Notes: generated by a model from the sequence alone, not told the origin. A stretch of DNA of 64,000 nt from Gammaproteobacteria bacterium (GCA_965220895.1 OZ244850.1:596861-660860); one strand, 5' to 3'; numbered from the stretch's first letter, positions 21,010 to 31,777 are shown. Program-made: numbers and translations.

Positions 21010-23891
21010 GCCTCACAGTCAGGGTCCAGAATTGAGCAGGCATCAGGTGCACTGCCATTGCCATTATTCTTTACGGCATTGAGCTTGTTTTCCCGACCCT
21101 GAACAGTACTTTTTTCCACATGTGTAGCACCCATAGAACGCAGGTAATACGTTGTTTTCAAACCCCGCACCCAGGCAAGCTTGTACAGGTTGTCCAGCTT
21201 CTGGCCTGACGGCTCGGCCATGTAAAGGTTGAGTGACTGCGCCTGGTCAATCCATTTCTGCCGGCGCGACGCGGCCTCAACCAGCCAGCGCGGGTCAATT
21301 TCAAATGCGGTTGCGTAAATGCTTTTCAGTTCACCGGGAATACGGTCTATGGACTGTACGCTGCCATCAAAGTACTTGAGGTCATTGACCATGACCTCAT
21401 CCCAGAGACCGCTGGCTTTCAAATCCGCAACCAGGTAGGGATTACTGACCGTAAATTCCCCCGACAAGTTCGACTTCACAAACAGGTTCTGATACGTGGG
21501 CTCAATACTTTGCGTTACACCGCAAATGTTGGAAATGGTGGCAGTCGGGGCAATCGCCATGGTATTGGAATTGCGCATTCCGACTTTTTGCACACGCTGG
21601 CGCAAGCTGTCCCAGTCCATGGTGGCAGAGCGATCCTGTTTCAGGAAGCCGCCCCGTCCTTCGGCCAGAAGTTCAATCGAATCGATGGGCAAAATGCCCT
21701 GGTCCCAGAGCGACCCCTTGAATGTCGGGTAGGAGCCGCGTTCTTCCGCCAAATGAGTCGACGCCTTGATGGCGTAGTAGCTCACCGCCTCCATCGAACG
21801 ATCGGCAAACTCGGTCGCATCATTGCTCTCATAAGCGATGCGTTGTTTGTACAGGGCATCCTGAAAACCCATGACTCCGAGCCCGATGGGTCGATGGCGA
21901 AAATTGGAGCGACGTGCTTTGGGCACACTGTAGTAGTTGTACTCAATCACGTTATCCAGCATGCGGATGGCCGTGGACACCGTCTGTTCCAGCTTTTCTA
22001 GATTCAAGCCGTTTTCATCGACATGGGCAGCGAGGTTGACAGAACCCAGGTTGCACACGGCTATTTCTTCATCATCGGTATTCAGGGTTATTTCCGTACA
22101 CAGATTGGATGAGTGCACCACGCCGGCATGCTGCTGGGGAGAACGCAAGTTGCAGGGATCCTTGAATGTCAGCCATGGATGGCCGGTCTCATACAACATG
22201 CCCAGCATCTTGCGCCACAAGTCAACCGCGTTCACCTTTTTGAAATTCTTGATCTCGCCACGCTCGGCCTTTTGCTCATACTCTTCGTAGCGCGCTTCAA
22301 ACTCGGCACTGCACAAATCGTGCAAATCCGGCGCTTCATGGGGCGAGAACAGGGTCCACTGCTGCTCTTCGCTGACGCGCTTCATAAACAGGTCCGGCAC
22401 CCAGTTGGCGGTATTCATATCGTGTGTGCGACGACGGTCGTCCCCCGTGTTCTTGCGCAACTCCAGAAACTCCTCGATGTCCAGATGCCAGGTTTCCAGA
22501 TAGGCGCACATGGCACCCTTGCGCTTGCCACCCTGGTTCACAGCAACGGCAGTGTCGTTGGCAACCTTGAGGAAAGGAACCACGCCTTGTGACTTGCCAT
22601 TCGTACCCTTGATATGCGAACCCATGGCACGCACCCGGGACCAGTCATTCCCCAGGCCCCCTGCGAATTTGGACAGCATGGCATCATCCCGGATGGCCTC
22701 GAAGATGCCATACAGGTCATCCGGCACCGTGCTGAGATAGCACGAGGACAGCTGTGAGCGCAGCGTGCCCGAGTTGAACAATGTCGGTGTCGAGCTCATG
22801 AAATCAAAAGACGACAGCAGGTTGTAAAACTCGATGGTGCGGTCTTCACGGTCCACTTCGTTGATGGCGAGGCCCATGGCAACACGCATGAAGAAGGCCT
22901 GCGGAAGCTCTACCCGGGTCCCCTCACTTTGAATGAAGTAGCGGTCATACAGGGTCTGCATGCCAAGGTACGTAAACTGATGATCACGCTCCGGCTTTAT
23001 CGCCTCGCCGAGTCTCTTCAGGTCATACTCGGAGGCAAGTTTTGTATCCAGAAGTCCAAGTTCCGTAACCTTTCGAATATAGTGTTCGAAGTAGTCCGCA
23101 TACTGCAGCGTCATCTCCTTGAAGGTTGCCTCGGTAGGGACTCCATAGATGAAACTGAGCACCTCGCGACGCAGGCTGTCCAGCAAAAGGCGTGCGGCAA
23201 CGTACGTGTAATTGGGCTCCTGCTCGATCAGGGTACGTGCACTCATGGTCAGTGCAGTGCCCACTTCCGTCTCGGGGATGCCGTCATACAGGCTGCGCAG
23301 CGCCTCATCGACAATTGACTGTGCCTGGACATCCTCTGTTTCTGTACATGCTTCGGAAACCATGCGCGTCAGGCGTTCAATATCCAGTGGTTTGAGATTG
23401 CCATCTGCGTCCGTCACATCCATGGCCTGGGGAGACGGTTCACCGACTTCCTGCAACGTACTCTTTTCAGCACGTTGTGCAGCACGTGCCTGTGCACGCT
23501 CTTCACGGTACAGTACATACGCACGGGCAATCTTGTGCTGGCCATAGCGCATCAGTGCCAGCTCAACCTGATCCTGGATATCTTCTATATGGAACGTCCC
23601 GCCCTGGGGCCGGCTGCGGGAAAGTGCATAAAAGACCTTCTCGGTGATTTTCTCGACCATCTCATGGATGCGAGAAGAGGCCGCAGCATGGCCGCCTTCA
23701 ACTGCAAGAAAGGCCTTGGTGACCGCGACCTTGATTTTCTCGCGGTCGAAACCGGTAACTTTGCCGTTGCGACGGATTACGCGGTATCGCTCGGGTGAGG
23801 TTATTGCAACTTTTGGATCATTTGCCTCGGCAAGACCTTCAGGCTGGTCGAGTGTTTTCGGGTTGATAGCAGTGGCAAATTCTGATCGCAT
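21000..23891 (-). CDS. nrdA: ribonucleotide-diphosphate reductase alpha subunit (class Ia)
   Basis: 963 aa. N-terminal ATP-cone(s), active-site region, C-terminal CxxC-type cysteines ([10 protein letters not shown]). Confidence 0.95.
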   Translation of the reverse strand: MRSEFATAINPKTLDQPEGLAEANDPKVAITSPERYRVIRRNGKVTGFDREKIKVAVTKAFLAVEGGHAAASSRIHEMVEKITEKVFYALSRSRPQGGTFHIEDIQDQVELALMRYGQHKIARAYVLYREERAQARAAQRAEKSTLQEVGEPSPQAMDVTDADGNLKPLDIERLTRMVSEACTETEDVQAQSIVDEALRSLYDGIPETEVGTALTMSARTLIEQEPNYTYVAARLLLDSLRREVLSFIYGVPTEATFKEMTLQYADYFEHYIRKVTELGLLDTKLASEYDLKRLGEAIKPERDHQFTYLGMQTLYDRYFIQSEGTRVELPQAFFMRVAMGLAINEVDREDRTIEFYNLLSSFDFMSSTPTLFNSGTLRSQLSSCYLSTVPDDLYGIFEAIRDDAMLSKFAGGLGNDWSRVRAMGSHIKGTNGKSQGVVPFLKVANDTAVAVNQGGKRKGAMCAYLETWHLDIEEFLELRKNTGDDRRRTHDMNTANWVPDLFMKRVSEEQQWTLFSPHEAPDLHDLCSAEFEARYEEYEQKAERGEIKNFKKVNAVDLWRKMLGMLYETGHPWLTFKDPCNLRSPQQHAGVVHSSNLCTEITLNTDDEEIAVCNLGSVNLAAHVDENGLNLEKLEQTVSTAIRMLDNVIEYNYYSVPKARRSNFRHRPIGLGVMGFQDALYKQRIAYESNDATEFADRSMEAVSYYAIKASTHLAEERGSYPTFKGSLWDQGILPIDSIELLAEGRGGFLKQDRSATMDWDSLRQRVQKVGMRNSNTMAIAPTATISNICGVTQSIEPTYQNLFVKSNLSGEFTVSNPYLVADLKASGLWDEVMVNDLKYFDGSVQSIDRIPGELKSIYATAFEIDPRWLVEAASRRQKWIDQAQSLNLYMAEPSGQKLDNLYKLAWVRGLKTTYYLRSMGATHVEKSTVQGRENKLNAVKNNGNGSAPDACSILDPDCEACQ

Positions 23892-24026
23892 CCGATCCCT
23901 TGGTCCTCTGGTAAAACGTCTTTGTTATTGGTTTTCAACCAATCCCTGGCATTTCTGCGTTCGCCCTCTTCGGAGCTTCGTCAGTAGTAACAACAATGGA
24001 AGGGATTGCTACAATGCTGTAAATAT

Positions 24027-24042
24027 ACACAATATGTTGTAT
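24027..24042. promoter_or_regulatory. candidate NrdR box upstream of nrdA
   Basis: ACACAATATGTTGTAT is a near-palindrome matching the NrdR-box pattern acaCwAtATaTwGtgt at 13 of 16 positions. It lies 136-151 bp upstream of the nrdA start. Confidence 0.35.
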
Positions 24043-24221
24043 GGATGCTAGGCTCTTGGCACAAGAAGTTGTCAAAAGCATACAGGCCTGAAATCTCTGG
24101 GCTTTTCCCAGATACCCCAAGAATATCCAGAGCTTATAAACAACAAATTGATAAAATTTTTTGATGGGATGCCTCGTAATCCGGGCACGATGGCGGCACT
24201 TGTTCGCGCTACAATGAACTG

Positions 24222-24575
24222 ATGACCCGCCCGGAAGACATCCCTCTGCAAGCTGACCTCGCTGATCATGGCGGGTGCGCCAATTCGGAGCCGTTTGCCC
24301 TGCGCGTCCTGGGCGACAGCATGGAGCCCGAGTTCCGGGACGGGAACATCATCATTATCGACTCTGCGGCAGCCGTGGAAAGTGGATGCTACGTGCTTGC
24401 CATGGTCGATGAAGAATATATCTTCCGCCAGTTGATCATCGAAAATGACCGCTACGTGCTGAGAGCCCTGAATGAAGGATACGAAGAAATAGAGGTCCCC
24501 GGGCTCAAGGCCATCCGCGGCGTTATCGTCCAGCGCTCAGGAGTGCGCCGCAAGGATCACAAGCACTACGTCTGA
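24222..24575 (+). CDS. stand-alone S24 (LexA/UmuD-like) peptidase-domain protein without an HTH
   Basis: LRVLGDSMEPEF Ser-nucleophile motif and beta-rich C-domain. Only 117 aa. The position normally holding the catalytic Lys reads FRQL. Confidence 0.65.
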   Translation: MTRPEDIPLQADLADHGGCANSEPFALRVLGDSMEPEFRDGNIIIIDSAAAVESGCYVLAMVDEEYIFRQLIIENDRYVLRALNEGYEEIEVPGLKAIRGVIVQRSGVRRKDHKHYV

Positions 24576-24607
24576 GAACCGCGCCCCCGAAGTTCGGGTC
24601 AGCTTTT

Positions 24608-25078
24608 TCAGGTCACCGGATCTACTTGCTGTTCGGGCTTGATTTTGGGGCTGAGAAATACCTCGGCACAGTCCTGATCCACTTTTTTATGGTCCTGGTC
24701 GACCAGGAGCTGCTCATAGTCGTTCCATCCCTTCAGGCCCGTTTTCAGCGAAACGACGTTTTCATAGCCCATCAGCTGCAGGGTATGGGCTGCCAGCACA
24801 CTGCGGTTGCCGGACCGGCAGACGATCACGACTTCCTTTGCCCGGGCTTCAACCAGTGCGGGCATGGTTTCACTGTAGCCGTAGTCGCACGCGGCCTCCA
24901 GGGTCCCCCTGGGCACATTGAAAGACCCGGCAATATGCATTGCAGCAAACTCCTCGGGTTCGCGGATATCCAGGACCAGGGGTTGAGGGTCGCTGGAAAG
25001 TCTCTGCTCCAGGTCCCAGGGCATGATCTCGTTGACCAGCTTTTCGTGCTCGCAAACGAGCTGCTTGAACGTCTTCAC
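24608..25078 (-). CDS. single-domain rhodanese (sulfurtransferase)
   Basis: Active-site loop CRSGNRS. 156 aa. Confidence 0.85.
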   Translation of the reverse strand: MKTFKQLVCEHEKLVNEIMPWDLEQRLSSDPQPLVLDIREPEEFAAMHIAGSFNVPRGTLEAACDYGYSETMPALVEARAKEVVIVCRSGNRSVLAAHTLQLMGYENVVSLKTGLKGWNDYEQLLVDQDHKKVDQDCAEVFLSPKIKPEQQVDPVT

Positions 25079-25128
25079 GGGTATTCCGCTTCCGGAAAGT
25101 CGGGCTGTACCGCCTGGAATGGAGAGCT

Positions 25129-25794
25129 TTATTCGCTTGTGTAGGTTTTTCTGGCTCGAAGGCCTTGCTCTACGGCAATCACCGCCGCCTCCACTCGCGA
25201 GTGGATGTTCAGCTTTCTTAAAATGGCCTTAACATGCAGCTTGACCGTCCCATCCGAGATGCCGAGGTTTCTGGCGATGACCTTGTTGCTCTGGCCTTCG
25301 GCCAACAGACTCAATATCTCGCGCTCACGCGGAGTCAGGCTGTCCAGTGGGCTTATTTCTGTTTCGAGAGGGTCCTCTCCCTTGACCACCTTTGCCAGAA
25401 TTTGAGCCAGATTCGGCGCTACAACGGTTTCGCCCCGGATAATCTCACGCAAGGCGGCAACCACGTTGTCCGGCTCCATGTCCTTCAGCAGATAACCCTT
25501 GGCACCATTGCGCAAGGCTTCCACCAGGTCGCGTTCATCGCCACTCGTCGTCAGCATGACCACAGGAGCTTCAAATTTCAGATGCCGGAACTGCTTCAGG
25601 ACCTCAAGACCGGACATTCCCGGCATCCGCATGTCCAGCAACACGATATCAGGCTGCAACTCCTGGGCCAGCCGGATTCCCTCGTGACCATCGCCGACCG
25701 AGGCAACGACCTCGATTCCATGTCGGCTCAGCAGGCTTTGCAAGCCTTCACGAAACAAGGTGTGGTCGTCAATGACAATGATGCGCAGCTTCAT
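25129..25794 (-). CDS. two-component response regulator, NarL/FixJ family (REC + LuxR-type HTH)
   Basis: IVIDDH...LLDMRMPGMSG receiver domain and C-terminal LTPREREILSLLAEGQSNKVIARNLGISDGTVKLH HTH. Likely start is MKLRII. Confidence 0.85.
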   Translation of the reverse strand: MKLRIIVIDDHTLFREGLQSLLSRHGIEVVASVGDGHEGIRLAQELQPDIVLLDMRMPGMSGLEVLKQFRHLKFEAPVVMLTTSGDERDLVEALRNGAKGYLLKDMEPDNVVAALREIIRGETVVAPNLAQILAKVVKGEDPLETEISPLDSLTPREREILSLLAEGQSNKVIARNLGISDGTVKLHVKAILRKLNIHSRVEAAVIAVEQGLRARKTYTSE

Positions 25795-25816
25795 ATAGGA
25801 AACCATGACTCAGGAC

Positions 25817-27187
25817 TCACACCATTTCGTGCTGAATGTTCTCTTGTACATCATCCGGCAGGTAGTTAAATTCAAAGCGGACCTGTACACCTTCACCCGG
25901 TTCTCCATCCACGGTAAGTGTACCACCAATCCTGTTAGCACGGTCCTGCATGACACTGATGCCAACATGCTCGCCGGCCGGGTTTTGTTTTTGAAGGTCT
26001 GTGATCCCAATACCGTCGTCTTCAACCAGAACCGAGTAATAACCTTCTCCATCTCCTCGCATGAGGACACGCACCGTACCTGCTTCACTGTGCTTGCGTA
26101 CATTGGTGAGAGCTTCCTGGATAACACGCAGTACCTGTAACTCGATCTGCGGCGGCAGCATGGTATCCGGCCACTCTTTTTGCAGATACACCTGTATGCC
26201 ATCACTGTCTTGCTTGAACCGTTCGATGATCTGCTCCACAGACACGGTAAGGCTGCGCTCACCAATGGGCAGACGGAAATGCGCAATGAGTGCCCGCAAC
26301 TCCGTGTGTGCCTCGTCGATGGTGGATTCTATCCGTTCCAGTTCCTGCCAGGTTGCTGCTTCATCTCCCTGGTGGATCGTCTCATCCAGCACCCTCACCT
26401 GGTAACGGATGCTTGCCAAGGTCTGTGCAAGTGAATCGTGCAACTCATTGGCGATGTTGGTTCTTTCCCGCATGATCGACAGGGCTTTGGCTTCTTCGTC
26501 AAGACGGGCTTTTTCTACAGCGATGCCAAGGTGGCGCCCCATGCTCGTGAACAGCTCCTTGTACTCGCTGTCATTCTTGAATTTATCCTCTTCAATATAC
26601 AAATTGTATACGCCAAGAACCTTGCCACGGTACTGCAGTGGGATAATCAGCACGGAAAGGCTTTCGCCGTCAAAGATGGCTTTGCTGATCTGCGCCGGAC
26701 AGGGCACCACCCGGCTAGGAACCGCTCGCTGCTGATACGACTCGGGCATATCCTCGGGCAAGAACGGTGGATCATCCCTGAGGGCTGACTCGATGCCGGT
26801 CCCGGCGATCAGCGAAAAGGAATTTTTTTTCGTTTCAAGAAAGACCACTGCGCCACGTGCATCCACCAGCTCCTTCATGGTGTGCAGAAAATGAGTGAGC
26901 AGTTCATGCACGTTGCGTGACATGTTGATGCTGGTGACAACGTCATACAGTGTTTTCTGCGACTCGTTCTTGCGTGCAATGTGTTCTGTGTGCCGCTGCA
27001 GTTGTATCTCTGCATCCCTGGACAACGACTCCAGCATTTCACCCACGAAGTTGATGTCCTGGCTCAGTTCTGACAATTCTGATACCGGAAAAGCGGGGAT
27101 GCGTGCGGCAAGTTCGCCGGCACGAATCTTTTGTGTCCACGTGTGCAGCGCGGTCAAGAACTCCGTCAATTTGGCATCCGAATCCAC
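25817..27187 (-). CDS. soluble sensor histidine kinase with GAF domain, HisKA_3 (NarX/NarQ-class) dimerisation domain and HATPase
   Basis: ELHDSLAQTL H-box, a GAF-like region, C-terminal GxGxG ATPase motifs (DDGIGI). No predicted TM segments. Confidence 0.8.
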   Translation of the reverse strand: MDSDAKLTEFLTALHTWTQKIRAGELAARIPAFPVSELSELSQDINFVGEMLESLSRDAEIQLQRHTEHIARKNESQKTLYDVVTSINMSRNVHELLTHFLHTMKELVDARGAVVFLETKKNSFSLIAGTGIESALRDDPPFLPEDMPESYQQRAVPSRVVPCPAQISKAIFDGESLSVLIIPLQYRGKVLGVYNLYIEEDKFKNDSEYKELFTSMGRHLGIAVEKARLDEEAKALSIMRERTNIANELHDSLAQTLASIRYQVRVLDETIHQGDEAATWQELERIESTIDEAHTELRALIAHFRLPIGERSLTVSVEQIIERFKQDSDGIQVYLQKEWPDTMLPPQIELQVLRVIQEALTNVRKHSEAGTVRVLMRGDGEGYYSVLVEDDGIGITDLQKQNPAGEHVGISVMQDRANRIGGTLTVDGEPGEGVQVRFEFNYLPDDVQENIQHEMV

Positions 27188-27461
27188 TTCAGACTCCGCG
27201 ACCCCGGCAATGGAGTTGATGAAATTGTGTCGTATGTGTCATCGCTGGCTATTACTTTACCAGTATTGGGATTTCATGCTGCACAAAAGCACTCGTTCAA
27301 TCAACGCTTGGACGGACTTTATTGCAAGAATTCATAACCCTGCCCAAGGATTACAAAATATACTCTGCTGGCGTGTGGGATCAGCCAGGTTTCTAAGGGG
27401 ACAAGCGGCTCAGAAGCTCTTTCAATTTGTAACGCAGGTCGACCTTCAGGACCCGCAGTCT

Positions 27462-27788
27462 CTACCCCTCTTCGGGTGGCGAGTAGTTTGGATCATTGGG
27501 ATTTAGAAATACGAAGTGGAACTGTTTGGGCTCCAGTTCAACAAAGTCAATCGTTGTGCCATCCAGCAAATCCATGCTGGAATCGGCCACCACCAGTTCA
27601 ACGCCATTCGACTCGAAACGATGATCCTTTTCACTCCCGCTGCCAACATCATCAAACCCGAGGCCATAATGGAGGGAGCTGTCCGCATTGCGGGTGGCGG
27701 CAACGCGTAACGGGGTGTTGTCCATTTTCGCCTCAAACGCGGACTTCCTGACCTGGTCAGCAGCAGATTTTGTCATTTTTACCGACAT
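27462..27788 (-). CDS. dsrR: DsrR, IscA/HesB-like protein lacking the Fe-S ligand cysteines
   Basis: A-type carrier fold pattern (LRVAATRN...GLGFDD...NGVELVVADSSMDLLDGTTIDFVE) without the CGC motif. Immediately after dsrN, as described for Allochromatium dsrR. Confidence 0.7.
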   Translation of the reverse strand: MSVKMTKSAADQVRKSAFEAKMDNTPLRVAATRNADSSLHYGLGFDDVGSGSEKDHRFESNGVELVVADSSMDLLDGTTIDFVELEPKQFHFVFLNPNDPNYSPPEEG

Positions 27789-27846
27789 GGAATTGATCCA
27801 AAAACCAGTTTGATCTTGACCTAGGAGAGCCGATTGTAGCTCATCC

Positions 27847-29211
27847 TCAAGCACATGATTTTATAAAGTTGAGAAAGTCCGGAATCCATTGATTCCTTTC
27901 CGTGTTCCTTTGGTGGGTATAGCAGGCCAGCAGGTTCTTGTAGCGGATACCATCGTTCTTCCCATCGATTCCAAAACCGCGTTTCACCGCATAAGAGTAG
28001 TCATAGCCACCCGCCAGATTTTCGAGCGTGGAGTAATGGAACTCATGTCCTGGCACTGCCTGTCGGGATGTGCCGGACCACGGGTGCCGAGTGTTTTTCT
28101 GCAGCATCGTGTAACCGCGTCCTGCGGGCTTTTCATGCATCTCGCAATCCGCATCGATCACCCCGGCCATTGCACATTTTTCCGAATCAGCACGGATCGA
28201 ATTGCAAAGATACATCAACCCGCCACATTCGGCATAAGCGGGCATGCCATTCTCAATGGCCTCCCGAACCGCCCGCAACATTTGGGCATTGGCCGAAAGC
28301 TGGTGCATGCTTTTTTCCGGAAAGCCTCCGCCGATGAAAAGTGCGTCGGCTTGCGGGAGGCGGCGGTCATGCAATGTGTCAAATGGCAGCAATTGCACCC
28401 CCAGTCGGGAAAAGGTATCCACATCGTCCGCGTAGTAAAAGCCAAACGCCGCATCCCTGGCAAAGGCAATTCTTAATCCGTAATCCCGGACACGCCCGGG
28501 GGGCTCTCCTGTAGTTGATTCGGGTGCCAATGCGGAATCTGCAATGGCCGCGACTTCATCGAGGTTTACCTGGTCTTCGACCACCCTGGAAATATCCGCT
28601 ATGTGCCTGTCGGCCAACGGATCCTCGTTGCTCGGCATCAAGCCCAAATAACGTTCCACCAGTTCAAGTTTCCGATTGCGATGCACGGCACCCAGAACAG
28701 GTACATCCGTATAGCGCTCAATCGCTGTCGTCAATTTTGCTGCATGCCGGTCACCGCCCACCAGATTCAGGATGACACCCGCAATTTTTACACCCGGATC
28801 AAATTGCTGGTACCCCAGAATCAGTGGAGCCACCCCCCGAATCGTGCCGCGGGTATCGAGCGTCAGTATCACCGGCACCTTGAGCAATTTTGCCAAAGCG
28901 GCACTGCTGTCATGGCCATCTTCACTCAAGCCGTCGTAGAGACCCTTGTTGGCTTCAATGATGCCAATCGCGGCATCCCGTGCATGTCTTTCGAACAGGG
29001 AGACAATCTCTTCCTCTGTCTGCGTCCAGAAGTCAAGGTTGTAGCAGTTGCGCTTCGATGCCCTGGACAACCACAAGGGATCAATGTAGTCCGGACCCTT
29101 CTTGAAGGTCTGTACTTGCATGCCGCGGTGGCTCAGAGCCGCACTGATTCCGATGCTCAGTATGGTTTTGCCCGAGGATTTGTGGGCGGCCGAAATCAGG
29201 ACAGATGTCAT
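27847..29211 (-). CDS. dsrN: DsrN, CobB/CbiA-like glutamine amidotransferase (siroheme amidase)
   Basis: N-terminal CobQ/CobB ATP-binding GKT motif and C-terminal GATase domain. Located after dsrP. Confidence 0.8.
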   Translation of the reverse strand: MTSVLISAAHKSSGKTILSIGISAALSHRGMQVQTFKKGPDYIDPLWLSRASKRNCYNLDFWTQTEEEIVSLFERHARDAAIGIIEANKGLYDGLSEDGHDSSAALAKLLKVPVILTLDTRGTIRGVAPLILGYQQFDPGVKIAGVILNLVGGDRHAAKLTTAIERYTDVPVLGAVHRNRKLELVERYLGLMPSNEDPLADRHIADISRVVEDQVNLDEVAAIADSALAPESTTGEPPGRVRDYGLRIAFARDAAFGFYYADDVDTFSRLGVQLLPFDTLHDRRLPQADALFIGGGFPEKSMHQLSANAQMLRAVREAIENGMPAYAECGGLMYLCNSIRADSEKCAMAGVIDADCEMHEKPAGRGYTMLQKNTRHPWSGTSRQAVPGHEFHYSTLENLAGGYDYSYAVKRGFGIDGKNDGIRYKNLLACYTHQRNTERNQWIPDFLNFIKSCA

Positions 29212-29252
29212 GGCGCTATGCAGGACCCCTCACAAAAGCGGTCCGTATTCCG

Positions 29253-30464
29253 TTACGAGGTAACGGGTTCCAGTCTGAGAGCCTTGTCTGACAAACTTTC
29301 AGGCAAAAATTCAAGTACGGCAATTCCCACCGTGACGATGATCAGTGCCACACAGACCCCTCCCACACCAAGCAAAATCTCAAAAATGCTGGGTGCATAC
29401 TGGCCGACAACCCCGTCATAAAAGCTGCTGCTTTCCTCCATGCCGGGGAAAAGCACCAGAGGATAGGCCTGTCCACCAATGATGATCACATACAACTGGG
29501 CCAGACCCCCAGCAATCACCAGAAGCGACGCCAGCGAGATCATGTGTTTTGACTGGTTGAATGGTTTGACAAAGATCAGTGCCAGCGGCACCACACTGCC
29601 TATGAACATCTGTGCCACCCAGAACAGGAAGGTGTAGATGCCGCCGTCCACCAGAATGAACCGCTCCACACCGTGATGCTCCGTGGCATACAAGTTGGTC
29701 AGGTGGTACACCAGGACGAAATAGAACACGGCGGCAATGAAGATGCCCAGCAGAACCCTGAGCTTGTGCAGTATGGCATCGCCAAGCTGGCGTTGGGTCC
29801 ATGCATAGCTGGCTTGCAGTACCAGAATGAAGACAGCCAGGCCAAACGAAAATGACATGATGATGAACAAGGGTGCCATGATGGCCGCATCGTATGCCTG
29901 GCGCGCCACCAGAAATCCGAAGATCGATCCGGTACCGGTGGTGAGGACCAACCGCCAGATGAATGCGGCGAATCCGGCTGACCTGGAGAAGCGATTCATT
30001 TTCCTTTCCATCATCATCCAGAGGTACACGGCGGTAATGAAAATAAATCCGACATACAAGAATATGTTCCAGGCAAAGATGGATTTGAAGTTATATACCG
30101 TCATGGCAACGATCAGGCGATCGGGCCGGCCCAGGTCCAGAACCAGTATGATCAAACCCCCTACAAGCAGTGCGATGGCAAGAAGCGCAGACAGCCTCGC
30201 AAGCGGCTTATAGTCGATTTTCCCGAATACGGAAGAGATCGATGCGACATTCAGGGCACCGGAAGCTGCAACGATCAGAAAGACAGCAATGACATGCGGG
30301 AATCCCCACACAATCTGGTTGTTCATGCCGGTGACGTGATGGCCCTCCACATCCATATGGTGTGCAGCGAGATAGCCAACCAGCGCGCCGAGAACCAGCA
30401 AGCCCAACAGGACCCAGTATTGAGCAGATCGGGCATCAATGGTGCTGAAACGAACGGTCTCCAT
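29253..30464 (-). CDS. dsrP: DsrP, NrfD/PsrC-like integral membrane subunit
   Basis: Roughly 10 predicted TM helices, NrfD-like. Start placed at METVRF to avoid overlap with dsrO. Confidence 0.8.
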   Translation of the reverse strand: METVRFSTIDARSAQYWVLLGLLVLGALVGYLAAHHMDVEGHHVTGMNNQIVWGFPHVIAVFLIVAASGALNVASISSVFGKIDYKPLARLSALLAIALLVGGLIILVLDLGRPDRLIVAMTVYNFKSIFAWNIFLYVGFIFITAVYLWMMMERKMNRFSRSAGFAAFIWRLVLTTGTGSIFGFLVARQAYDAAIMAPLFIIMSFSFGLAVFILVLQASYAWTQRQLGDAILHKLRVLLGIFIAAVFYFVLVYHLTNLYATEHHGVERFILVDGGIYTFLFWVAQMFIGSVVPLALIFVKPFNQSKHMISLASLLVIAGGLAQLYVIIIGGQAYPLVLFPGMEESSSFYDGVVGQYAPSIFEILLGVGGVCVALIIVTVGIAVLEFLPESLSDKALRLEPVTS

Positions 30465-30507
30465 GCGATCTGCCCTAGTCGATTGGGTGGATGACTTGCC
30501 GGTCCAT

Positions 30508-31284
30508 TCAAATACCCTGATACCGGACCCCGGTATTGAGCCCCAGATCGGCACGAATCTGCGTGCCGCCGAATTCTTCCAGCCGTTTAGAAATTTCACT
30601 CTCGGGGTCGTTCAAGTTGCCAAACAAAAGCGCCTGGTGCCCTTCTTTGGCACAAGCCTCGGCACAGGCCGTGTTGTTGTCGCCTCGATCCACCTTGTGT
30701 ACACACAATGTACAGCTTTCCACACACCCCTTGCCCCGGGGCGAGTGCGGCAGCTGGTCCTGGAGCGGCTCGTGGATAAACGAGCGTGCCTTGTAGGGGC
30801 ACGCCATCATGCAATACCGGCATCCGATGCAGGTGTGCTTGTCGACCAGTACGATTCCGTCCACGCGGCGGAAGGAGGCGCCAGTCGGGCATACGTCAAC
30901 ACATGGAGGATGCTCACAATGCTGGCACATCATGGGCATGGATGTGACGTGGCCGGTTTGCTTGTCCTTTACGTTCAGTTTACGAATCCACTGGGCGTCG
31001 GTTGCAGGACGGCCCAGGCTCCACACACCATTTTCCTCGTTACAGGCACTCACGCATGCATTGCAATCTTCATGGCAGTTGTTTGTATTGACCAGCATGC
31101 CCCAGCGCTGTTGGCTGCTGACGGCCTGGTCATCCGGCTTGGCCTCTGCCGCTGAATATAAAAAGACACCCGGTGCCACAGTCAGGCCTGCCAGGGCAGC
31201 CATCCCCTGTGTGAAGTTGCGCCGTTCGACGCTGATATCCTCAGTAGTGTCCAGTGTGTAGCGCATGACAGGCTCGGTACTCAT
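30508..31284 (-). CDS. dsrO: DsrO, Tat-secreted 4x[4Fe-4S] ferredoxin subunit
   Basis: Twin-arginine motif ERRNFTQGMAALAG and four Cys clusters (CxxCxxCxxxCP-type). Start placed at MSTEPV. Confidence 0.8.
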   Translation of the reverse strand: MSTEPVMRYTLDTTEDISVERRNFTQGMAALAGLTVAPGVFLYSAAEAKPDDQAVSSQQRWGMLVNTNNCHEDCNACVSACNEENGVWSLGRPATDAQWIRKLNVKDKQTGHVTSMPMMCQHCEHPPCVDVCPTGASFRRVDGIVLVDKHTCIGCRYCMMACPYKARSFIHEPLQDQLPHSPRGKGCVESCTLCVHKVDRGDNNTACAEACAKEGHQALLFGNLNDPESEISKRLEEFGGTQIRADLGLNTGVRYQGI

Positions 31285-31288
31285 GTCG

Positions 31289-31777
31289 TCACCTGGCGAA
31301 GGTAGTCGTGCTGAACTGCAAGGTTTCATGCAGTTCCGGCACGGATTGCTGGGCCTTCACGTCCGGCTCCTGCGCTTTTCGTATTGCTTCTGCCGGGCGA
31401 TCGGCATGACACTGAAAACAGTCGATGTTCACCGCCGTGAATTGATGGCAGCTTGCACAAAAGTGTGTTTCTTGTGAGTAGCGTGCATATTCACCCTGCG
31501 CATTCGGCGTGATGTGGCAGTCGATACACCCGATCAGGCTGTACTGTTTTGTACGAATGCCTTCGACGACTGTCCGGTCCCTGTGGTCAAGGATATATTC
31601 AAAATGCTGCCTGCGCATGATCTCTACCGGCTCCACACACAGGGTGTCCTCACTGTATACCCCCTTGGGCGGCGGGATATCTTCCGGACCGCCCGACACC
31701 GTCCCGGTCATGAGCACGCAGCATGCCAGGATGCCAGCAAGGCTCAAAAACCAGCGGTGAACAGTGTGCCTGATCAA
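31289..31777 (-). CDS. dsrJ: DsrJ, periplasmic triheme cytochrome c
   Basis: Signal peptide plus three CxxCH motifs (CIDCH, CASCH, CFQCH). Confidence 0.85.
   Translation of the reverse strand: MIRHTVHRWFLSLAGILACCVLMTGTVSGGPEDIPPPKGVYSEDTLCVEPVEIMRRQHFEYILDHRDRTVVEGIRTKQYSLIGCIDCHITPNAQGEYARYSQETHFCASCHQFTAVNIDCFQCHADRPAEAIRKAQEPDVKAQQSVPELHETLQFSTTTFAR

Noticed and set aside
24059-24074. Second NrdR box (CACAAGAAGTTGTCAA) about 31 bp from the first
   Set aside because: Its outer ACA/TGT arms are spaced 7 rather than 10 nt apart and fit the consensus poorly.
27188-27461. Search for dsrS or a small gene between dsrR and the histidine kinase
   Set aside because: No ORF of plausible length and no RNA structure were found in this 274-bp gap. 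dsrS appears to be absent from the window.
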